DNA of 64,000 bases from contig OZ296648.1 of assembly GCA_965655095.1 (NCBI GenBank), positions 155,930,001 through 155,994,000 on the forward strand, in the 5' to 3' direction. Below are positions 26,679 to 39,227 of this stretch, in pieces. The stretch comes from Haplodiscus bocki (taxonomy: Eukaryota). The translations under genes were made by a program, and so were the position numbers. Positions within the stretch are counted from its first letter, which is position 1, and the number at the start of each line of letters is the position of its first letter. Under the pieces are notes generated by a model. That model was given only the letters and a program-made list of their open reading frames with translations. It was not told the origin of the DNA and searched no databases.

Positions 26679-28150
26679 ATGACATCCCATGAAGAAATTG
26701 ATGAGTAACAACAACTTTGTATGTTAAAAAATTTAAGTTTAGCTGTAATAAATGAAATTAACATCAGGACAAATATCCAGTCTGTCCAATAAGCAGTATT
26801 GGAATTAGACACCCTCTACTGTGTAGTGATAGATACGTGTAGGAAGATAAATCTATTGAAGAATGGCTTAGGATTCAAGATTCGTTACAACACCAATAAC
26901 AAATTTTATTGAATATGTACAACCTTGTAACCTAAATCATAAACTATAACTAAATACACTATTGACAGAGAAGGTGATTCTCAAAGACATAATTTTGACA
27001 ATTCCCAAGACGATTCTCTAATTAATCATTACATTACTTAACTTGATGTTGGAGATGTTAGATTCAATTTTGATGAACAATTATTGAGGAAACTAATTAA
27101 AACACATCCATATGCTTTATATCATCCATCCCCTCTACAAAATGACATAGAAATCGATATGGATGCAGGTAAAAGATGTTCAAGCGTTACTCAACGTATC
27201 TGACGAACAAAAAATGAAAAAGAAATTGTTAAGAGAGCAATGGTATTACTTTAGAAGGAGCAGTTTTTGAATTGAAAAATCATAAAAGTTGTTAGGAAGA
27301 AATTGAAAAAAAAATGGTCTAGCGTCAGAAAGTCTACTGAACTACGAAATGATAGAGATTGATTGTTATGAGAGAAATGATTGTTATTGAGGCTGTTAAA
27401 AGAAATGGTAAAACTTTCATGAGGGGGCAAAAAATGAAGTACAAAAATGATAAATTGTTATGGAAGCACACAAACAATATAGCTTGGCTTCGAAAATGGG
27501 CATCTAAAGAAAAGATGAGAGACAAAAAAATAATTTCAATCGCAAAGAATTCATTCACCAGGGACGCTAACAAGGAAAGTGATCGATTGTAAGAAGTATA
27601 GGTTTTGCTATATCAAATGGAAGCTAATTATCCAATCTGAACAAAAAACGTTATTGTAATTAGACATAAAGTATTATGTAGCGACGGCTAAAAATATGAA
27701 AAACGCACCTATTCTTCGTTGTCGTCTCACGTAACACCACCAGTCAATCGTCAATTTAAAATTTTTTTAAAATTCAGTAAATTAAAAAAAATAAATTCAA
27801 GAGGGAAAAAGAAGCAAATAGAAAAAAAGTGAGTGCAAGGTAAAAAGGGAAAAGAAGTTAAAACAATAGTTGAGTAAGAACGATTAGTTTGGTAACATTG
27901 AGAACAGGAATATTCGAATAGATGATGGGAAACTTCTTCTTCAACTGGTTTAAAAAATTGTATTGCTATGAAAGTTGCTTCTGGAAAAATAAAAGAAAAA
28001 GAAACTGCGCTACATGCTGTAAAACAAACTAATGACGCCATAGGTTTTCTAAATGTTGAATTTAGGAAGATGTGGATGTCGTAACAGCAGTAATTAAACA
28101 AAACAGTGCTTTTGAAAAATACACCAAGATTTTAGAAAGTACCTCAACGA
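26679..28150 (+). pseudogene. U-box (E3 ligase) domain + DUF4116-type helical repeat protein, pseudogene, cargo of Polinton-1
   Basis: 26768-26905 translates DKYPVCPISSIGIRHPLLCSDRYV*EDKSIEEWLRIQD/TPITN, fitting the U-box pattern CPI..P...DG..YE...IEEWL....PIT. Downstream fragments LQNDIEIDMDAGKRC, ALLNVSDEQ/NEKEIVKRA, STELRNDR/EMIVIEAVKRNG, WASKEKMRDKKII, KEKETALHAVKQTNDAIGF and DVVTAVIKQNSAFEKY fit the S-E-L-K-N-D-R-E-I-V-L-E-A-V-K-Q-N-G repeat. Confidence 0.7.
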
Positions 28151-30559
28151 TAATCCACCATATGCAACTTGTATTAGGAGTAAATGTGGCTATATTTATT
28201 TACATTCAAGTGGATTTTTTGGTTCATTCTACCCAAATCTCGATCTGCGAAAGCGTCTACCTCCTTTGACACAGTTTTTCATTCTGTAGTTGAAACTGTT
28301 TCAGGATTAATTCCGTTAATGTTTAACTTTTCACCATAACTTAAAAAAGCTATTCAAATCCACATGCGACATAGTTCTTTATAAGGAAGATTCCCTTATA
28401 CCTATATCAGGACAAATACCTTATTTTTGTTGGCGGTTATCTGTTTTTGCTTCGTATAAATTATAAATTACATCATTTTTTCATCTAAAAACGAATTACA
28501 TCAAGAGTAACGTCGCCAATTGTATTGAAATAATTCATTTGTATTTGATCTACAGGAGCAAAAATGAATGAAGAATTTAAGTCAAAAGTTAGGGCTGACA
28601 AAAGAATCCGACAAGAAACAATTAACAGATTAGAAGAAAAAGAGAAAACAGGAGGCGCAGTCGCTCTGCGATACCTCCCGTCAATGAGGCGCAAAAAATT
28701 ATGATGGAACAAACACCAAATCACTTCAAAAAACCCGTTATTGACAAAAAAGTATCGAAGGAGACCTTGTCGGAAGAATGCAAGCCGGTAGCTTTAGCAA
28801 GAGAATTTTAGGATTTACGAAATATGTCAAATGAATCCTTTGGAATTTTCGAAACATCAAGATTCCAATTGAAGTGAAACTTAAAAATATCACTGTCAAC
28901 AAAATCACTGCTTTAAAGCACAAGAAATGATCCGAAGTTAACGAGGGCCCTGATCAAACAATTCTCAAGCAGTCCAGATTTAAAAAAAGACTGTATCTGA
29001 ACATTTTGGAAAAGAGCCGACTGGCTATTCCTGGCGGAAAGGTATCTTCAGAAAATTTTAACCTGAAGCAACACTCCTTAGATCCTTTCGTTGATCACAA
29101 TCCGAGTCTTTTTTGTTTGAAATTGGAGAATCCCATGAAGAAAAACTCAACTCTGCTCTCGAACATTCAAACTTTGTTCTGACTTATTACCATCAAAGTT
29201 ATAAAAATTAACGTACGGTAAAATCTGATCAAAGTTGATATATTCACCTGATTTGTCTACATAAAATCATCGCGTGACACTTGGAAGGAGTGAGTTCAGT
29301 GTGTCCACATTCCAAGAAAAAGATAAGATAAAATAGAATAGAAAACAAAAATGGGTTACCGAGTTTGAAGTTTATAAATACTGACATCCGGAATTAATAC
29401 TGAGAGCTGATAAAATAAAATGTGGCGTCACTACGGCGTTGAACAAGCACTTCTTATCAACTTGAAAAACCAAAATGACATCTACAAAAACAACATCAAG
29501 ATAAGTAATAATGTACTAATTTTCCATGAATTACTCAGCTTAAAATTTTTGAACTGCACAAACTAATCTATAAATTACTTTACACTGAAAATAAAGGAGG
29601 GGGGATTGTTCTACAGAAGTGAGCTCTTCATTTGCAAAGTCAGGAGCTTTTAGTTCCGCATTCTTTGAATAAACAATTCAAAAAAACTTGAGAAAACTTT
29701 ATCATGTCAATGAACTCAATAAAAAATTACTCAAATAGGTTATTTTCTAAAGAAGGAAATTGAATATGAAAAATCTGTCACATTCTGTAGTCCGAATCAT
29801 TTGGAAAATGAAGCAATACTACGCTGCTAGCATGGCTTTCGCACCTTAAATCGCAAAATTTTCAGATGAAAGTCAAAAGTTCGAGTTCAGAAAACCTTCT
29901 ACACTCTGTGAGTAATAGCGCCAAGAAACGTTGAAAAAGCCAAAAAACGAAAATCACCAGGATACGATTGTGCACTAGAGCAACGAGCTTGTATCTCGCG
30001 TAGTATGAGCGATCTGTTGTTCACGTTATTCAAACGATATCACTTCGGTTTTATTTCTTAATATTAAACTTTGGAAAAACGACACCAAATTAAAGGTGTC
30101 AAAATTGGTTTCTTGACGTTCGATTGTTTTTTTAAGGAATTGAAAGTTTCAGAGACTATTCAAGACGTTTCAAAGCTCTGACAGAACTGTAGGGAATTAC
30201 AGTTGGTTGAATGCCACGCCCAAATCAGTTTTGAACTGTCAACCAAAAATACACGAATTAGTTGCTTATGTTGACTTTTGTGTGGTGGCCCCAACAGTCA
30301 ATTCAGACATTGATACAAGAATTCAAACCGGTAACTCTGGGGAAGGACGAGTTGGAATACCGAGAAAACCCAATATGAATAGCAATTCTCCCATTTTTGG
30401 TCAATCAACAATATAATCTCGACGTAGAGAATATTTTTCATGATATTTAGTAATGAATAGTCCATTTCAAGTAAAAAGCTGTCGAATACCACCATGATAG
30501 AAAAAAATTCGAGTAGAGCTGAAGAAATATGAGTTTGAATATCTTGGCATCTCAAGACT

Positions 30560-32900
30560 AATAGCAATTTCTGACATTTAAGGTCCATCAGGATTCTAAT
30601 TCACGGAGAAAAACCAATGATTTAACACGTATTCCAACACAAGTAAAAAGTTTTAGAATGAGACTTTGAAAGAAGAAATCGAGCCACTTGGTTTGGATAA
30701 ACACGAGTTCCGAAATCAAATTGAGCCCATATTACAAACAATTCTCGCATTTCTGGTCCATGACGATTTCAATGGAGTAACAGAAATGATAGGTGTTCCA
30801 TCCAATAGCACTTTCTGATTGCGACTTTTTCCGAAATCATCAAGCCTGTAGTTTTGGAGAAAGACGAGTTCGAGTATAGACATTTATGAATATCATTAGC
30901 ATTCTCGGACTATCATGATTCCGACGCAAGTAGCAAAATCAATTTTTTGAAAGTCTATTCCTCTAACAAAAACAAAAAAGCTACAAGCAGACCTTGAAGG
31001 CAAAAATCATGTCACTCTTCAAAGAGAAATGTGAGTTGGAATAGCGGAAAAATGTCCAAAGCAAAAGCAGTTCTCTGGCATTTTCTAACTCTCGAAAGAC
31101 CAACGCAAGGAACAAAGTTTTTAGTTTCCAATTTCGTCTACGACAGAAAAATGGTCGATCGAGATTTTGACGCTTGATTGGAGAGACCTAGTCCGTAGTT
31201 ACGGCGAAAAAGTTCAGATATCAAGGTAGTTCAAAAGCAAAAACTTTCGATTTTTCGGACTGTTGGGACTCCAACGCAGAGAACGGAATGAATAGTTTCT
31301 CAGTGTAAAGCAGGCACACAAGCCAAAAAATTTCAGCTGAGACTTCGATGAGAGAAATCAAACCTGTAGTTAATGGAAAATTGACTTTGAATAACGACAT
31401 AAGTCAATAGTAATGACTATTTTTTTTGCATTTTTCGGACTATGAGGATTGCGATGAAATGGTCCACGTAAAAAAATTTACTATCAAATCCTCCTCTATT
31501 ATTGTGAAGTTTTCGCTGGACATATCGAAGAAAGGCATCAAACCTGTAGTTACAGAGATACATGTGTTCGATTATTAAGATAATTCATTGATAATCGCAC
31601 TTTCTGAAGTTTCGGACAATCAGCATTCTGATACAAGGGTCAAAAGGATCAAACTCTCCAATAGATCAGGCTCTACAAGTGCAAGGCGTTCGATTGCGAC
31701 CTCGAGGAAGAAATCAAACTTGTAATTACGCAGAAAAAAGACACTGAATAATGATATAAGTCAAAATTATTGACCTCATTTTAACAATATTCAACTATCA
31801 GGATTCTGATGCAAGGCTCAAAGCGAATGAAGTTGCAGAAAAATTCAACAGGACATATGTAAAGTTTTCGATAGAGACCTCAGTGGAAAAAGTCAAGCTC
31901 GTACTTACGTTTACAGATGAGTTTGAATAAGGAGATAAAAAAACAGCAAATTTCGGAATTTTTTGACTAACAAGAAAATTGAACCAGGGAACAAAAACAC
32001 TCGTTCTTCAACAGAAAACAGCAGTACAAATTTCTAGCTTTCGATTGAGACCTTGATGGAAGAAATCAAGCCCGAAAGCAAAGAGAAAAAAGTAAAGGGA
32101 AACAATAAAGAGAATCTCGCGATCAATCATGATTAAAAGCACATTATGCAATCCAATCTTCAGACTATCAAAAGTCTGAACCAAAAAGCGGAATATTTTC
32201 TTCTATCAATCTAATCCTCCTCAAATAGAATGAAATTTTCAATTGGGACATTGATATTACAAATTGAACTTGTTGTTACGGTCAAACGTGATTTCGAATG
32301 TCGAAATGTATCAAAATTGATAAACCTTTTTGGAATTTTTGGACTATTAAAAATCCCATGCAAGGATCAAAAAAAAATTTCTTTTGAACCCTCCTCTACG
32401 AAGGTAGAGTTTCTCAGTGAGATATTCATGGGCCAAATCAAACCTTAGTTACCGAAAAACATCAGTTCTAAAAGCGGCATATATCGAAATTAAAAATCCT
32501 GTTTGAGAAATCTTGGACTATCAAGTTTCTGATGCAAGGAACAGAATCAACAGTTTTTCAAGGGAAAGGTTTGGCACAAGTTGAAAGCTATCGATTAAGA
32601 TTTCGATACGACGAATCAAGCAAGTATTTAAGAAATAAAACATTTGATAATCGAGATCTCCAAAAACATTAACATTTTTTTCGCCTTAGAGGTATTTCAA
32701 GATTCTGACGCAAGGAAAGGAAGGAAAGATTTTTAAAAAGCCTACCGTTGTGCAGGTAGAGGGTTTTCGATTGGAACCCAGATGACCGAATTGAATCTTG
32801 TTTTTTCAGGAGGAAATTGAGTTGCAAATTCTAGGAATTTCAATACTGAACCCAGTTATAGGCCTTTCCTCAATGTGAGAGTCACAGAATGATACGTTCA
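30560..32900. repeat. Degenerate ~178-bp satellite array (~13 monomers) nested inside Polinton-1
   Basis: Variants of the anchor 'ggactatcaggattctgatgcaagg' at about 30585, 30757, 30907, 31086, 31257, 31437, 31614, 31793, 31965, 32163, 32341, 32515 and 32691. An orphan monomer lies at ~20850. Confidence 0.85.
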
Positions 32901-33265
32901 AGCAATTAAAAAATCGAACTAAAAATGTATTCTCTGGCCACGGACAAACTAGGCTAGCAAAAAAGACTAATTTCAAAAAAATACTTGAAAGATTTTTCAA
33001 TCAGTGACATTCATATTTAAATTTTTTAAGAGATCAGTCAACTTTTGCATTTTTTACGGATTTTCGGCGAAATCAAACAAATTTTCTCAGACTGGTGGAA
33101 AACATTCAGAAAAAAAACGATGTGCAGGAGTTACGCCCCAAATCGGATAATTGTTGCATAGGGCTCTTTTATCAAAAAACCTTGAATTTTGTCGAAAAAA
33201 CCGTTTTTTGATACTAAAAACAAAAACAAAAAAGTGTTGAGTGTCTGAAAATATGTCAAATTTAT

Positions 33266-33330
33266 GGCCAACAGCGGGATTCGAACTCTGCATTTCACGC
33301 TTCCCAACCGCGGTGACACCCGACATATGA
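33266..33330 (-). other. tRNA-derived fragment
   Basis: Minus strand ...GAGTTCGAATCCCGCTGTTGGCCA (B box plus CCA-like end); the 5' half is not recognisable. Confidence 0.35.
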
Positions 33331-33445
33331 ATCAAACAAGACATCAACGATTCTGCAGATTTCAACTCTGCGCGTCATGGGCAGTTTCAGGAAAAGGAAA
33401 AAACACCCCGACTACTGAATTGCATATCTTCAGAAAAAAATTTCG

Positions 33446-34900
33446 ATGGAAAATAACAATGCAAAAAGAAACCAAGGTGCTAATGGAGGATTGTTCGTTG
33501 TACAGGATAAAGTTGAAGACAATGTTGTTTTTAACATGGGTGATGTAACAAATGATTCATCTATGGAGACCGAACACCTTAGTGCGAAAATTGAAAATGA
33601 AATTGATGATCAAATTGCTCTGAAATCTTATGTTGAAAAAAAAACAACAACCGAGCCCAGAAAAACACGAAAGAATTCTAGCAGCAAAACTACCGAAACT
33701 AGAAGGTAGCAAAAGTTTAGCTTCCCAGATAACCACATAAGTTTCTTGAAATCGTCATTAGATGCTGACCTATTTTACAGAAAAATCTCATCTGAAAAGG
33801 AACTAGCTATCGACAAATTCATTTGCACAGAAGAAATGTTGCAAACAAGATTAATTGAAGGGATGGAGAAGCAACAATATTCTCAAGAAAAGTTAGCACA
33901 TGGAAAGATAGAAAATTTCGAAGAAGATATCAATAAAAATCGCCAAATGGTTAAGAAAAGAGATAACTGATATATCTGAACAGAAAGAACCAGTTGATGT
34001 AAATGCTAAAACTTTTTTGGAAATTGTACAAGATGGTCAAATCTTGAAAAAAGTAAGCATAGAGGGAAAAAGGCTGAACTAGCATGTCTCGAAAAAAAAA
34101 TGAAAAGATGACGGAAAAAAGGGAAACAGATTCAATAATTCAGATTATGAAATCCAAAATACAGCTTTTCTATAATAAAGTACTATTTTATAAATTTTCA
34201 AACAAATATCAAACTTTTACACCAATTTTGATTTAGATGATTCTTCAGTTTTGAAAAACATGGTAAGGCAATTAATCGTCGAGAAATAGATTGGAGAGGA
34301 GGATGACATTTATCTCATTTGGTTTGAAAATCTGTCGAACTAATTTATGCAATGATTATCTGATACGCCAGCAGCAGAAAAAAGACATGGTTGATATAAA
34401 ACAGAGTATGAACATATCAGATGCAGAAATATCTGGAACACGAATATAAAAAGTAAACCCAACTTCAGTAGAATCATCTGAGATTGTAGAAGAAATTATA
34501 GATAAAATGTTGAAAGAGGTCAATAGTTCAAATATTTCATTAAACAATATTAATGTAATAATTTCAAGAGATTAGGAAGTTGAAAAATACAAAAGGAAAG
34601 AAAACAAAAAATTCTAACGTGGAAAAAGATTTGCACACAACACATTGTGTAACGATTGAACGCTCTAAAAGCAAATCTATATCTCTTAGGGTAACCCAAC
34701 TCGGATTAACTGTAGTACAAATAAATACTAGTGTTCCCGTTTATAGACAAATATACGCTGGACTTACAACTAAAACTACCGAGAAAAATATATTCTTCCC
34801 ATAATTGACACCTCTTCAGAAAAATGTACTTTAGAGGTTTGGAAGATAATAAGGTAGATCAAGCAGAATTTAACAACTTCACCAATCTACATGATGAGGA
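33446..34900 (+). pseudogene. Decayed Glu/Lys-rich (coiled-coil-like) Polinton ORF upstream of the capsid gene
   Basis: A chain of short purine-rich + strand ORFs (33446-33709, 33746-33970 and following) broken by stops; no family assignment. Confidence 0.4.
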
Positions 34901-34982
34901 AACTTGAAAAGAAAAGATCCACCTTTTCTACCTTGAGAATTAAAACAAATTGCTGAATGAAACTAACTCTTTAAGTACTTAA

Positions 34983-36165
34983 AATGATAATCAAACAAAA
35001 TAGTACCAAAAAATTATTCAGAGATATTTAGAAAACAGAGTTTGTTAAACGCTCACCAAGCAGTTTCGAAACAGTCAATGCCAAAAAGAGTAATATAGAA
35101 TAAAGTCTTCCGCATGAACAAAACTATATACCCACAAAACAGTTAAAACTTTGAGGACAATGAGGTAACAAATCACACTGCTGCTAACACACAAAATGCT
35201 AAAATGACAATATCTGTTTAATGACTCATGGACCTCGTTCCCTATTCAGTGAAGCTAAACTTATATCAAGTACAAAAAAACGTCTTGAGAAAGCTGATAA
35301 TCTTCATACTGTTAGTTCAAGGCATCCGCTCTCAACATCCTTACCCGGAATAACTGATTGACTATATATATATTCGACCCTGAGGTTGGGAAAAGACGGA
35401 GAAATTCCAAATATTAACGCAGTAGGAGCAAAACGCGGTTTGTATAATAGAATGTGATTGATAGATATCTTTGGTTTTGCTGATCAAAATGAAAAAAAAA
35501 ACAGATGGATGAGGATATGATCTTATTCCGAAACGCACCAACAAAAAAGCAGCAAATTTAGTAGACGCAGCTAAAGCTGCGGATAAAAAAACTAATAGAC
35601 TTATATTATGCTATGTCGCAGATTTCAACCCTACTCTTGAGAATCAACAAACAGTTGCTACTGAAATACTAGCAAAAAGAGCGACCGAATTATATTATGT
35701 GGAACGGAGAGTTTTCCGAAAAGCAATCCTAAATAATGGTAGATGGACTCTTGAACTGGGAAAAAAGAGCGGAAAAGTATACCATCTTGAACTTTTGTGA
35801 GACTTATTAATAATAAAATTCTCACACATTTTTCGACTTCTGATCTACTCGATTATCTGAGAAAACGGTTTCATGAAGTATACTATGAAAAAGAAAATTT
35901 TCTGACTAAATACACCGCGGCGCTAGTAATGGAATCCTTAACAGAAACAAAAAGGTTTAGGGAAAAATAATTTATATGAATTCGATACAAGAGAGCGAAA
36001 AGATCACGAAGGTGCGCAACTAATTGATATAGCATTCAGATTCTCTGTAGCTGGTATTGCTGTTACAGATTATACAGCATTCGCAATGAGAACGGCTCAT
36101 GGTTTATCTAGTATTAGTTCTGATGGAAGGCGGACGTTTGATTCAAAAGTTATTGTTGAAGATTA
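34983..36165 (+). pseudogene. Polinton-1 major capsid (double jelly-roll) protein pseudogene
   Basis: Manual translation gives KTEFVKRSPSSFETVNA, HGPRSLFSEAKLISSTKKRLE, ATELYYVERRVFRK...WTLELG and C-terminal YEFDTRE...AQLIDIAFRF...SISSDGRRTFD. These resemble blocks I recall from invertebrate Polinton major capsid proteins. Confidence 0.7.
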
Positions 36166-36449
36166 ACTGTTCAAACAATTATTCCGACGAGTATTGAAGA
36201 AAATATTGCAAAAGATATTCAAAAGAGTGTTCCAGTAGTTATTCAAACCATTGTCCTGCAAATTGATTGAATATTCATTCCAAAAACTTTTTGTAAAAAC
36301 CATAATAGCAAAGAATGTAGAAAAATTAACAAGTAACTAAAGATGATAAATTTTCAAAACAATAGCTATCGCAAATGTAGAAAATTAATTAGTAAAAAAA
36401 GTTGAAAGTGACGTTTGTAGCAAATTTCTTAGTAAAAACATTCTATGCT

Positions 36450-36830
36450 CTCATAAGATTACAGAACACTACAGCAACGGGGTTGAAACATTCGTCATCA
36501 TCATCTTCATCTACTCATAAGAAAACCTCAAGATCCTACGTAGTGGAGCAAAGAAATGGAACCTCAAAAGTAGGTCCATATTTTTGTGGTGAAATACATC
36601 TTACGATCAAGAAAATACTTTTAAAAACTGGAGACAGAAAAATCAATGCTCGATCTCTTCTTCTTGAACAATATTCTTTCTTGGACGCCCCCCAATGAGG
36701 TAGATACACAGGATGTATCTTTGATTGACGAATAGAAACTTTGTGTTGTTGTAGTCCATGATATGTCAGATTCCAAGCAATCTGCACTTGAACCGGTTTC
36801 CACTCAGCTTACACACTAAAATACCGAAAA
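36450..36830 (+). pseudogene. Polinton-1 packaging ATPase (A32/FtsK-like) pseudogene, 3' truncated
   Basis: Decayed Walker A VGPYFCGEI (from GPSxxGKT) in ORF 36402-36698, and decayed Walker B CVVVVHDM (from hhhhDDM) at ~36740-36765. Confidence 0.65.
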
Positions 36831-37299
36831 ATTAGGGATGTACAGTATTCATCCCAACGCTATTTTAAAAAACCTGTGATAAATAGGGACAGCAGTATTA
36901 TTCTTATATTATTCACACAAACTGCTAATATGGTACAAAGTTTGTATAATTATATAGCCGGACTTGATGAGTTGAGAGGAATTGGATGATTTGTGTAGAG
37001 AAGCTATGAAAGCAAAACATATCTATTTTATGACTAATGTAATAGATGACCAAGAAAAATATTGCACATACAATGAATGTAATAATGATCGTGAAGTTAC
37101 AAAGCTTCAAATAGTCGTTCTATAAACAGGGTAAAGATTTCGCTGACTCAGTTTCACTTTCGAAAATTGATTGAATAGTTCGTTCGAGTTTGTAAATTTC
37201 GTAACCTTCGCGGTTCTTGATTGTGAACTTTTAAACAAACGACAAATGATATTAGTAGAGTTGTTTTTCCGTAGAGTTTCCTCTTTTCACTCTCAGGAA

Positions 37300-37700
37300 T
37301 CATACCAAAAAACAATCCCTCTCCTTGATGAGTAAAGTTTATAACAGAAGGAGCAGTTGCTGCAGTAACTAAGTTCTGTTCTTCTAGCAACAGATGATTT
37401 ATCAGCAACACTTTCTAATATTCCACTTGGATTTTCACCTGATTTAGTACCAAATTCTTACCAATTTACCAGTTCGCTTTCCAATCGACTTGAATGATCA
37501 TATAAGCCTTCTACTGTAGTATCCTTATAAACAATCCTAGCTTTACTTCTTTTCGTTTATTAGGAAACCACGAAACAACTCTCTCTTTAGCAGCTTTTAT
37601 ATCATACGCGGCCTAAAACTACAACTGCGATAAACCTAGTTGTTGCCCGATAACGCTTCCCTCCAACGCGATAGGAATTGGCTTCAAAATTTTGAAAACT
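37300..37700 (-). pseudogene. Polinton-1 small basic/core-like protein pseudogene
   Basis: Fragments NSYRVGGKRY, TVEGLYD and PSVINFTHQGEGLFFG (GxGL-type motif); lies immediately downstream of the minor capsid gene. Confidence 0.5.
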
Positions 37701-37744
37701 ATTCGTTTACTTTAATAAAAATATGAGTTTCAAAGTTTCAAAAA

Positions 37745-38790
37745 AAAATCTGTTGTAAAGGCCAAGTTTGTCCAGCAAAATCAAATCGACTAGGATAATC
37801 ATCATTAAATGAAGAAATTTCTCACTATGCGGCTCTTTGTTTATTTTCTCATAGAGTAGAGCAAAAGGTTCATTGAAAATTTTGGAACCTGGTGAGGACC
37901 CAAGACTGAAAGAAGATAGGATAACCTCACAAATTCCATTAACAATTGACTTATCAACAGAAAATCATTTAAACTGAACTTTATCCATATTTGGTGTGTT
38001 CAAAAGTTTTTCTGTTGTATTTGTTCCCGCCGAGAACTTTGTTTTTGTAAAGCCTAAAACATCATCAAACTGTGAAATGAAAAATATGAGGTGTTGTTAA
38101 ATATCATAGTCTTTACTTTAGCTTTAACCTCTATATCCTCCAACATTATTTATGTCCCTAACCTCCTATAAACCAGGTTGCAAAACGTGGGGTAGATCTA
38201 CAGCATCAATAAAAATTGGGCCCATATTACAATCAAATTCTAAATAATTCTAAAAAAGTAATTGCAAAATTGATAACAAATCTATATCTTCATCCCTCTC
38301 ATGTCGACCATATTTCAATTCCTTTAAACCTTCGATAGAATTAATCGTGGGTGTTTCATATTCAAAATCCGATGAATGAAAAACATCATGTCAACGATGT
38401 GGGTCCATTCGGTGAGGGATGTGAATTCCCTTCGCATATGTACTAGCTAGATCTATTGTTATTCAAAATTATTTTCAAGTGTAATCTGGTCCAATCAATT
38501 TAAACTGACTAACATCTCCAGCTTTTTGTTCATAGTCACCTGGGGTTAGAAGAGTGAATTTATCATTCCTATCAGTTATGTTACACACACTATTTTACAC
38601 TTGTGAATCAGTAACATCCATTTATCCTGCCATGCAGGACCATAAGGGACTGAAGGAAGATCAAATGTGAAATTCTGCTCAATTAAAATTAATCTAAATC
38701 TGAGTTCTTAGTGTCTATTATGGTTTAGTATGTGTATTCTCTTCAACTTTAATGAATATTTCTGTTCTAAAGGATGAACTCCACTTTCAT
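37745..38790 (-). pseudogene. Polinton-1 minor capsid (penton) protein pseudogene
   Basis: C-terminal block MDKVQFK*FSVDKSIVNGICEVILSSFSLGSSPGSKIFNEP..LYEKINK...RFDFAGQT matches the penton C-terminal pattern (CD...SxVNG....L.SF....PG.K...EP...DFxG). Confidence 0.7.
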
Positions 38791-38879
38791 TGGATTGTGC
38801 AAATGAAAATTGTGAGATATCCTTATTATTAATCACAGAAAAATAATTCTTCATAACCGCCAGCAATATTATTATTACG

Positions 38880-39227
38880 AGTATTATTGGAAAGTTTTTT
38901 TGAAGAATGTGTTCACTATCACTATTTCTGTTTTATTTGAAATGCATTCCTTTGCAGTTTTAGAAACTAATATATCACAAACACAAACCGTACGTCTTAA
39001 GCTTTCTACAAGTCATTCAATACAAAGAACCTGTAGCGCTATGCGGATTACAAAAGGACTATTTTGACACAGCTTTTCAAAAATCTATTGAAAGTAGATG
39101 CATCCAAAAAACATAAAAACAGTACCTCACACTATACGACCCTTTGATTTGCTCCTGTATCTAATATAAAATCATATGTTGCTTCACTTTTCACAGTATA
39201 CGTTGATTAAAACTCTTTTAAAACCAT
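38880..39227 (-). pseudogene. Polinton-1 cysteine protease (adenain/Ulp1-like) relic
   Basis: The ATG abuts the pPolB stop (TAAATG at 39230-39225). Decayed LDTGANQRVV (for GTHWV), CFYVFGC (for YFDSFG) and YGLCL*YI (for CG.YCLY) occur in order; catalytic residues are lost. Confidence 0.5.

Noticed and set aside
30207-30416. DIDTRIQ...GR resembles the C-terminal part of a LINE reverse transcriptase
   Set aside because: Similarity is too short and weak to support without a search.
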